Shown: piece after piece, positions 36,251 through 41,426 of the stretch
Layout of the letters: the number at the start of each line of letters is the position of its first letter
Numbering within the stretch: position 1 is the stretch's first letter
Virus record (IMG/VR): IMGVR_UViG_2711768022_000004
Origin: a virus
Taxonomy: Duplodnaviria; Heunggongvirae; Uroviricota; Caudoviricetes
Strand: one strand, 5' to 3'
Length of the DNA stretch: 41,426 bases
Notes under the pieces: generated by a model
The model's database searches: none
Seen by the model: the letters and a program-made list of their open reading frames with translations, nothing else
What the model was told of the DNA's origin: nothing
Translations under genes and position numbers: made by a program

Positions 36251-36478
36251 TTAGCTGACTTGTTTCGCACCAACAGAACGGCATATTCCGCTGTAAACTT
36301 CTGTCGCACCTTCGCGATCAAGTCCGGCAGATATCACCATTCGTGTGCGGTCATTAAATTCAAAAAGTAAATCGCCACATTCTTTATTTTCGGCCAGTGA
36401 AATCACCTTCACGTTATCGAAATTAACCAGGTAAAAGCGTCCGTAAATATCAGGAATATTAAATACCGCCATAATCAC
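36251..36478 (-). CDS. hypothetical early-region protein
   Basis: 75-aa ORF overlapping the B-like gene end by 4 nt. Confidence 0.4.
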   Translation of the reverse strand: MIMAVFNIPDIYGRFYLVNFDNVKVISLAENKECGDLLFEFNDRTRMVISAGLDREGATEVYSGICRSVGAKQVS

Positions 36479-37416
36479 ACCTGTGAGAGTAATTCAGGGT
36501 TGGTATAAACCTCTTTAAAGGCCGCATTAATATGTTTTTCTGTCAGCGCCGCGCCTTCACCGCTGGCGGTGAGCCACGCCTGGTTAAGCGTATGTGTCAG
36601 AACGCGTAACGCTCCCGGCTTTTCAGCGATAGCCTGCATGACGGCCAGCTCGGCCTCACCACTGATCCCCCACGCCATGGCAATGGCCAGCACATCCGCC
36701 TTTTTGGCCTTGCGAAGTTGTTTTGTACGGGCAAGACGGCTGAACAGGCGCGATAAATCATCAAAGGCGCGGCGTCCACCTTTAAACAATCCGCGCGGGT
36801 TACCAATAAGCACCATCCCGATCCCCGTGGCGTCCTGAATTGCCCGGAGTTGCTCCAGACCGTCAATACCAAGATGATCCGCCTCATCCACAATCACCAG
36901 TCCACGCGTTCCCATCAGGCGACGGCGGATGGCGCGGGATAATGCCCCTTTGTTCGCGCGGGTGTAATCAATCCCCAGCGCATCGGCCAGCTCCAGCAGA
37001 CACTCCGTGACGCTGGAGTGCGCGGGTGACAGGGTGATCATCCAGGTGTTTGGTTGCTCCTGGCAGTAATTACGGGCAGTGGCCGTTTTACCCACACCCG
37101 GTACGCCCACAATAACGTTAATACAGCCCATCAGGCGAACCGCCTGAAACAGTGCGCGCAGCTCCTGGACTGTCTGAGTTTCCACAAACTGCGGCGGTTC
37201 CGGCAGTGCGCTTTGTTTATTCCAGTTCTCATACCAGGAGCGCAGGGAAGCAGCCACAGCAGCGTTATCGCCTTTATATTTTCCCTTACGGAAAGCCGAT
37301 AATGTGCCGTCGGAAATTCCCGCCTCTCTGGCGATGGCATACTGCGTCAGTACGCCGCCATCAATAAGTTCATCAATGGTCTTGATTACATCGTTAATAT
37401 CGGTCATATTATTCAC
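36475..37416 (-). CDS. MuB-like AAA+ ATPase (transposition target-DNA activator)
   Basis: 313 aa; Walker A GVPGVGKT; N-terminal HTH-like region; directly downstream of transposase. Confidence 0.8.
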   Translation of the reverse strand: MNNMTDINDVIKTIDELIDGGVLTQYAIAREAGISDGTLSAFRKGKYKGDNAAVAASLRSWYENWNKQSALPEPPQFVETQTVQELRALFQAVRLMGCINVIVGVPGVGKTATARNYCQEQPNTWMITLSPAHSSVTECLLELADALGIDYTRANKGALSRAIRRRLMGTRGLVIVDEADHLGIDGLEQLRAIQDATGIGMVLIGNPRGLFKGGRRAFDDLSRLFSRLARTKQLRKAKKADVLAIAMAWGISGEAELAVMQAIAEKPGALRVLTHTLNQAWLTASGEGAALTEKHINAAFKEVYTNPELLSQV

Positions 37417-37489
37417 CTCGCTTGAGACAGCATTCTCCGAGACTGAAACCTCAAATAACCTGAGTCACCCCTCGGGTTATTTTTTTATT

Positions 37490-39577
37490 TCAGGCCAGCG
37501 GATCACTTTCTTTTAATTTCGCTTCGAGCAGTTGCAATCCCCGCTGGAAATTACGCTCGTATTCTTCATCAGGTTCATCGTCAGCGACCGGTTGCTGAAC
37601 GGTCACCGTATTACCCACAGGGCGGTATATGTTTTCCAGCCAGGGCTCCTGCGGCTTGTGCTCCAGCACGTTGACAACCTCATCCTCGGCATCACGGATT
37701 TTTTCCTCTGCGCGTTTACGCATGCCTTTAAGGCGCTGCTGCTGTTTGTAGTATTCCGCGCTGACAGGGAAGGCTTCGCGTTTATTGCCGTCCCATACCG
37801 CCTCGCAAATCACGCTGCCATCCGGGCGGCGCACGGTAATTCGTTCGGCATCATGAATGTCATAGCTGATAAGTACCTTACGGCCATGCTCGTCACGCAG
37901 CTCGGGCGCGTAGTAAATATTATTCAGCCAGCGTATTTCACAGCGTCTTACAGGGCGCTCCACCATCGGCCGGAACATATCCCGCAGTTCAACATCGGAC
38001 AGCCATTCAATTTCCGTGTCCTCTTCCGCCAGGCGTTTTTTTCTGAACTCCGCCGGGCTGTAATGTTTACCGTTCGGCTTCATGGGTAATTCATCGTGCG
38101 GCCGGTTGTTGTACCACTCAACACCGTCACGAATGGCATCAATCAGTTCAGACCAGGACGGTAAATCACGCATCGCTGACTGCTGCCGGGCGTTCAGCCG
38201 TTTGCCCTGTTGCAGGGCACTGAATGCCGAGCGTAAATCGCGGTTGGTTTTACGTAACGTCTCGCGATCTGCTCCTTTCCCGAAATAGGTGCGGTATTTA
38301 CGGGCTATGCGCATCGGTAATGTGCGGTTAAGCCGTTCGATAATGCCCCGTCCCTGCGGATTACCGGCAATCCCTGTCGGGTGATTAATCCCCAGTCGTG
38401 GCAGTATCCCCACAATCTCCTTATCCAGGACGTCGGCGGTTTCCCCGGAGCCATTATCCGAGTAATACAGAAACGGTTTGCCATGATGGCGAATACCGTG
38501 CTGTATGGCACCGGCTACGGCGAAAACATTTTCAGCCAGGTCAAGGCTCCAGCCCACCACAAAGCGCGTGCCACCGTCGATAACAAAGGTCACTTCCGGT
38601 GCGAATGGCCGCCCGTGAACCGGGTGCGCGCATTTCAGCTTCATGCCGTGACCGTCACCAATCCAGACATAATTCACCGGCATTCTGGACCAGTCGCGGC
38701 GCGTGAATCCCTCAAGCTGACGGTATTCACTGCCAGTTACCCGGCCTTTTTGTTTCACCACTTCCGGCAGTTTCTTCATTGCGCGGCGAATGGTGTCATA
38801 AGAGGGCATGATATCGAGCATATAAGGCTCATCAGCGTGCCGGTGCTGCCATTCAGCAACAAAATCCTCGTAAGCCTCGGTCATTGGTCGGCCGTTTGAC
38901 TGGCGATACTGCGCCAGAAATTCGGGCAGCCAGTTAATATCTTCGGCTTTTATTTCCTGGCGTTTACCCGGTGCCAGTAAAAGCAGGCGTTCAGCGGCGT
39001 TCTGTGCCTTGTTAAAGGCCGCAATCCAGCGTTTCAGCGTGATTTCACTCAACGCGCGGCTGTTTCCCTTTTTGGCGTTCGCCGTCTCAACCATTGCCAC
39101 AATGCGCTCGTCCAGTTGTGATCGTGCCAGGCTGTTAACGAGGAACCGGATAGCTTTAGCGCAGCTGAAACCGGGTTGTTGCGTGAATTTCAGCACCTCA
39201 CTGACGATCGCAATGCGTGCGTCTGCCACCTGGCGCTGGTTTTCAGTCAGGGCATTGAGGCGTTCGACCATCAGTTGTGGTGATCCGCGATATGCCTCCA
39301 CCGCATCAACCACGGCAGACGAGCGTCTGGCCTTTGTCACCACCGGAGCCGGTGATTCATCGGCTTTTTGCGTCATCAGTTGCAGGGCATAACGTTCGCG
39401 TAATGCCTGCTGTGTCACTTCAGGTAAACAGTCAATGCTGTATTCAAAACCTTTAGCGCCTTTCTTGCGGCGTCTGCTGGTTTCGCTGGTTGCATACTTC
39501 CTGATTGAATAGCGAACGCCTTGCTCCGTTCCCGGCATCCCCGGTAATCCAACCAGTTCTTTAACTGAAGCAAACAT
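37490..39577 (-). CDS. MuA-like DDE transposase
   Basis: 695 aa; between ner-like and B-like genes; N-terminus MFASVKELVGLPGMPGTEQGVRYSIRKYA parallels MuA N-terminal DNA-binding domain. Confidence 0.8.
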   Translation of the reverse strand: MFASVKELVGLPGMPGTEQGVRYSIRKYATSETSRRRKKGAKGFEYSIDCLPEVTQQALRERYALQLMTQKADESPAPVVTKARRSSAVVDAVEAYRGSPQLMVERLNALTENQRQVADARIAIVSEVLKFTQQPGFSCAKAIRFLVNSLARSQLDERIVAMVETANAKKGNSRALSEITLKRWIAAFNKAQNAAERLLLLAPGKRQEIKAEDINWLPEFLAQYRQSNGRPMTEAYEDFVAEWQHRHADEPYMLDIMPSYDTIRRAMKKLPEVVKQKGRVTGSEYRQLEGFTRRDWSRMPVNYVWIGDGHGMKLKCAHPVHGRPFAPEVTFVIDGGTRFVVGWSLDLAENVFAVAGAIQHGIRHHGKPFLYYSDNGSGETADVLDKEIVGILPRLGINHPTGIAGNPQGRGIIERLNRTLPMRIARKYRTYFGKGADRETLRKTNRDLRSAFSALQQGKRLNARQQSAMRDLPSWSELIDAIRDGVEWYNNRPHDELPMKPNGKHYSPAEFRKKRLAEEDTEIEWLSDVELRDMFRPMVERPVRRCEIRWLNNIYYAPELRDEHGRKVLISYDIHDAERITVRRPDGSVICEAVWDGNKREAFPVSAEYYKQQQRLKGMRKRAEEKIRDAEDEVVNVLEHKPQEPWLENIYRPVGNTVTVQQPVADDEPDEEYERNFQRGLQLLEAKLKESDPLA

Positions 39578-39579
39578 AA

Positions 39580-39810
39580 TTACGCGACCTTACGAATGTA
39601 GCGGCTGGGCCAAATCTCCTCGGGCGGCACCCCCAGGCATTCCGCGATAATCCCCTCATACTTGGGAACATGGCGGTATACCGCGTTGTACAGATTGTTC
39701 TGACCCACGCCAGCTTTACGGGCCAGCGCCCTCATGCTTCCTTCTCTGGCTCTGACTTCCCCCAAAATTCTTTGAGGATGCCAATCAGGCTTAACTTCAT
39801 TTCTCGCCAT
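39580..39810 (-). CDS. ner: Ner-like DNA-binding regulator
   Basis: 76 aa; DWHPQRILGEVRAREGSMRALARKAG...EEIWPSRY resembles Mu Ner (DWHRADVIAGLKKRKLSLSAL...EVIWPSRY). Confidence 0.8.
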   Translation of the reverse strand: MARNEVKPDWHPQRILGEVRAREGSMRALARKAGVGQNNLYNAVYRHVPKYEGIIAECLGVPPEEIWPSRYIRKVA

Positions 39811-39995
39811 GATTCATCTATCCTAAAAAGTTACGAAATTTGATAACTAAACTTAGTTATCAAGTTTGATATAAGTATTGATCCACTTCTGCTTCATGTA
39901 AAGCAAAAAAAACATCTTTCTTTTGTCTATTGTGGATCAATGGTTGCTGACAACACTAAAAGTTAATAATTTCAAATTGATAGGAAGAAAAGAAA
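39811..39995. promoter_or_regulatory. divergent early promoter/operator region between ner and repressor genes
   Basis: Palindrome TTGATAACTAA-AC-TTAGTTATCAA (39840-39863); inverted pair ATTGATCCAC (39877-39886) / GTGGATCAAT (39932-39941); repeated TTGATA half-sites. Confidence 0.55.
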
Positions 39996-40541
39996 ATGAA
40001 CAAGCAAACAACAACATCTCTTTCTTTTCCTGGTGGTAGAAAAGAAAGCATTGCTGAGCGTCTGAAAAGGCTGATTGGCTCCCGCAGCGTCAGAGCTGCA
40101 GCAAGAGATTGGGGGCTTTCATTTTCAACACTAAACAATTATCTGTCTCGTGGCACTGAGCCATCCTTAAGTGTCGCCCTTCAGATTGCGTCTATCGAAG
40201 GAGTAAGTGTTGAGTGGCTATGTGGATTCAGTGATGCATCACAAGTGAATCGGTGTGAGATCAAGGAAAATCAAGATGAAAGCAAGAAGATAATTATGAC
40301 GATTATCAGCGCACTTGATGAAAAAGACTTAGAGCAGCTATCGAAAAATTTGGTTCTGAATGGAGCCAAGTACTTAGCTCGGTTGTTAGAGCCTGAAAAT
40401 CAAGATCTAATCCGCTTAGAAGGAAGGAAAAGAATAGCTGCATTACAGCTTGAAGGTATGTCTGACGAACGCGTCAGAGAGATTTTGGAAGAAACTGAGA
40501 GAAGTCGCAAATCTAACGCGGTAGAACCAAAAGCGGGTTAA
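39996..40541 (+). CDS. prophage repressor (CI/Mu c-type, N-terminal helix-turn-helix)
   Basis: 181 aa; LKRLIGSRSVRAAARDWGLSFSTLNNYLSRG is a helix-turn-helix; transcribed toward the prophage end, divergent from ner-A-B, as in Mu. Confidence 0.7.
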   Translation: MNKQTTTSLSFPGGRKESIAERLKRLIGSRSVRAAARDWGLSFSTLNNYLSRGTEPSLSVALQIASIEGVSVEWLCGFSDASQVNRCEIKENQDESKKIIMTIISALDEKDLEQLSKNLVLNGAKYLARLLEPENQDLIRLEGRKRIAALQLEGMSDERVREILEETERSRKSNAVEPKAG

Positions 40542-40610
40542 TAGCATTAGCCCGCATTTTGCACTATATCGAGTATTTCGCATTGTTTGGAACGCCTTAA
40601 AAGACTAAAA

Positions 40611-40777
40611 CCACAGTATCAAATGAGTTGCCGATTTTATAATAAATGACTAATTATTGCACAATCGGTATCAAATAGACCTTATCCGCACATCTAGCCA
40701 TCACCTGTTTTATTTCAGTATCTTACAGGTGATTTCACCTCCTTTCACTAAACCCCTTGTCGGTATCAAATGATTCA
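40611..40777. repeat. prophage left-end transposase-binding repeats (attL-like)
   Basis: Reverse complements of ATTTGATAC(C/T) at 40615-40624, 40667-40676, 40762-40771; terminus reads TGAATCATTTGATACC inward from 40777. Confidence 0.55.
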
Positions 40778-41098
40778 CCTGGTTATATGTCGCCAGTCGA
40801 TACCTTCCAGCAGCATCGCCAGCTGCGCCTGTGTAAGGAACACTTTGCCATCACGGGCTGACGGCCAGGCGAAGCGCCCACGCTCCAGCCGTTTGGTCAG
40901 GAGGCACAGTCCGTCACTGGTGGACCACAGCAGTTTAACCTGACTGCCGCTGCGGCCCCGGAAAATGAAAACATGGCCGGACATGGGATCGTCTTTCAGC
41001 GCCGTCTGTACTTTCGCAGCCAGGCCGTTGAAGCCATTTCTCATATCGGTGATACCGGCAACCAGCCAAATTTTGATCCCGGAAGGTAACGGGATCAT
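40775..41098 (-). CDS. IS66-family accessory protein TnpB (orf2)
   Basis: MIPLPSGIKIWLVAGITDMRNGFNGLAAKVQ...GSQVKLLWSTSDGLCLLTKRLERGRFAWP matches the conserved IS66 orf2 product. Confidence 0.85.
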   Translation of the reverse strand: MIPLPSGIKIWLVAGITDMRNGFNGLAAKVQTALKDDPMSGHVFIFRGRSGSQVKLLWSTSDGLCLLTKRLERGRFAWPSARDGKVFLTQAQLAMLLEGIDWRHITR

Positions 41099-41426
41099 CG
41101 CTTCAGTTCCTGTATCAGCAGAGTCAGGAGCTTTTCGCTGACATTGCCATTGAAGCGGAGCGTCCCGTGCCGGAACGTTACCTCACAGCTGATACTGAGG
41201 GTTTTCGGGTCCTCTGCGAGCGATTCTGGCTGTTCGGCAGCTGCATCGAGAGTCACAGGAAGTAGCTGGGGGCTCTCTGAAGAAGGTAATAGCTGAGGTG
41301 TACTGGCAATAGCGGACACTACCATTTGTTCTTTTTTTAAGCAGCCATCTGATGATATTTTTCCCTGAAGGCTGCCGGGGAGATATTCCCCAGACGAGAG
41401 TGACGACGCTGACGATTGTAGAAAAT
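41095..41426 (-). CDS. IS66-family accessory protein (orf1), 5' end beyond window
   Basis: Frame open to window edge; overlaps orf2 start by 4 nt as typical for IS66. Confidence 0.6.
   Translation of the reverse strand, partial: FLQSSASSLSSGEYLPGSLQGKISSDGCLKKEQMVVSAIASTPQLLPSSESPQLLPVTLDAAAEQPESLAEDPKTLSISCEVTFRHGTLRFNGNVSEKLLTLLIQELKR

Larger units (their letters stand above)
2208..40777 (-). mobile_element. Mu-like transposable prophage (boundaries approximate, right end within about 2208-2228)
   Basis: Mu-type gene order c / ner / A / B / gam / gemA / mor / lys / terminase / portal / F / G / I / major head / sheath / tube / tape measure / baseplate / fibre / invertase / com-mom; terminal inverted ATTTGATAC(C) repeats at both ends; no integrase. 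Confidence 0.85.
40775..41426 (-). mobile_element. IS66-family insertion sequence, left-hand portion (orf1 partial, orf2 complete)
   Basis: Two overlapping minus-strand ORFs matching IS66 accessory proteins; prophage end abuts the orf2 stop codon. Confidence 0.75.

Noticed and set aside
1-41426. CRISPR arrays, rRNA genes, site-specific integrase and attachment sites
   Set aside because: No regularly spaced direct repeats, no rRNA-like conserved stretches, and no integrase ORF; the prophage is of the transposable Mu type with terminal inverted repeats.

Overview
The window is dominated by a Mu-like transposable prophage (about 38.6 kb, roughly 2208-40777) encoded almost entirely on the minus strand. 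Its early region (repressor, ner, MuA-like transposase, MuB-like ATPase, gam, gemA, mor) lies at the high-coordinate end, followed by a lysis cassette, head genes, tail genes, an invertible tail-fibre segment with a Gin-type invertase, a cargo island, and com-mom at the low-coordinate end. The prophage sits inside an IS66-family element: orf1/orf2 at 40775-41426 and only the 3' part of the transposase gene at 1649-2107. That IS in turn abuts a tail-fibre gene fragment of a separate phage-like region (1-1595). An assembly gap (N-run 7259-7488) falls inside the invertible region. No rRNA, canonical tRNA or CRISPR array was seen. All calls rest on reading the supplied ORF translations and the DNA by eye; family assignments are from memory of conserved motifs and Mu gene order, not from database searches.
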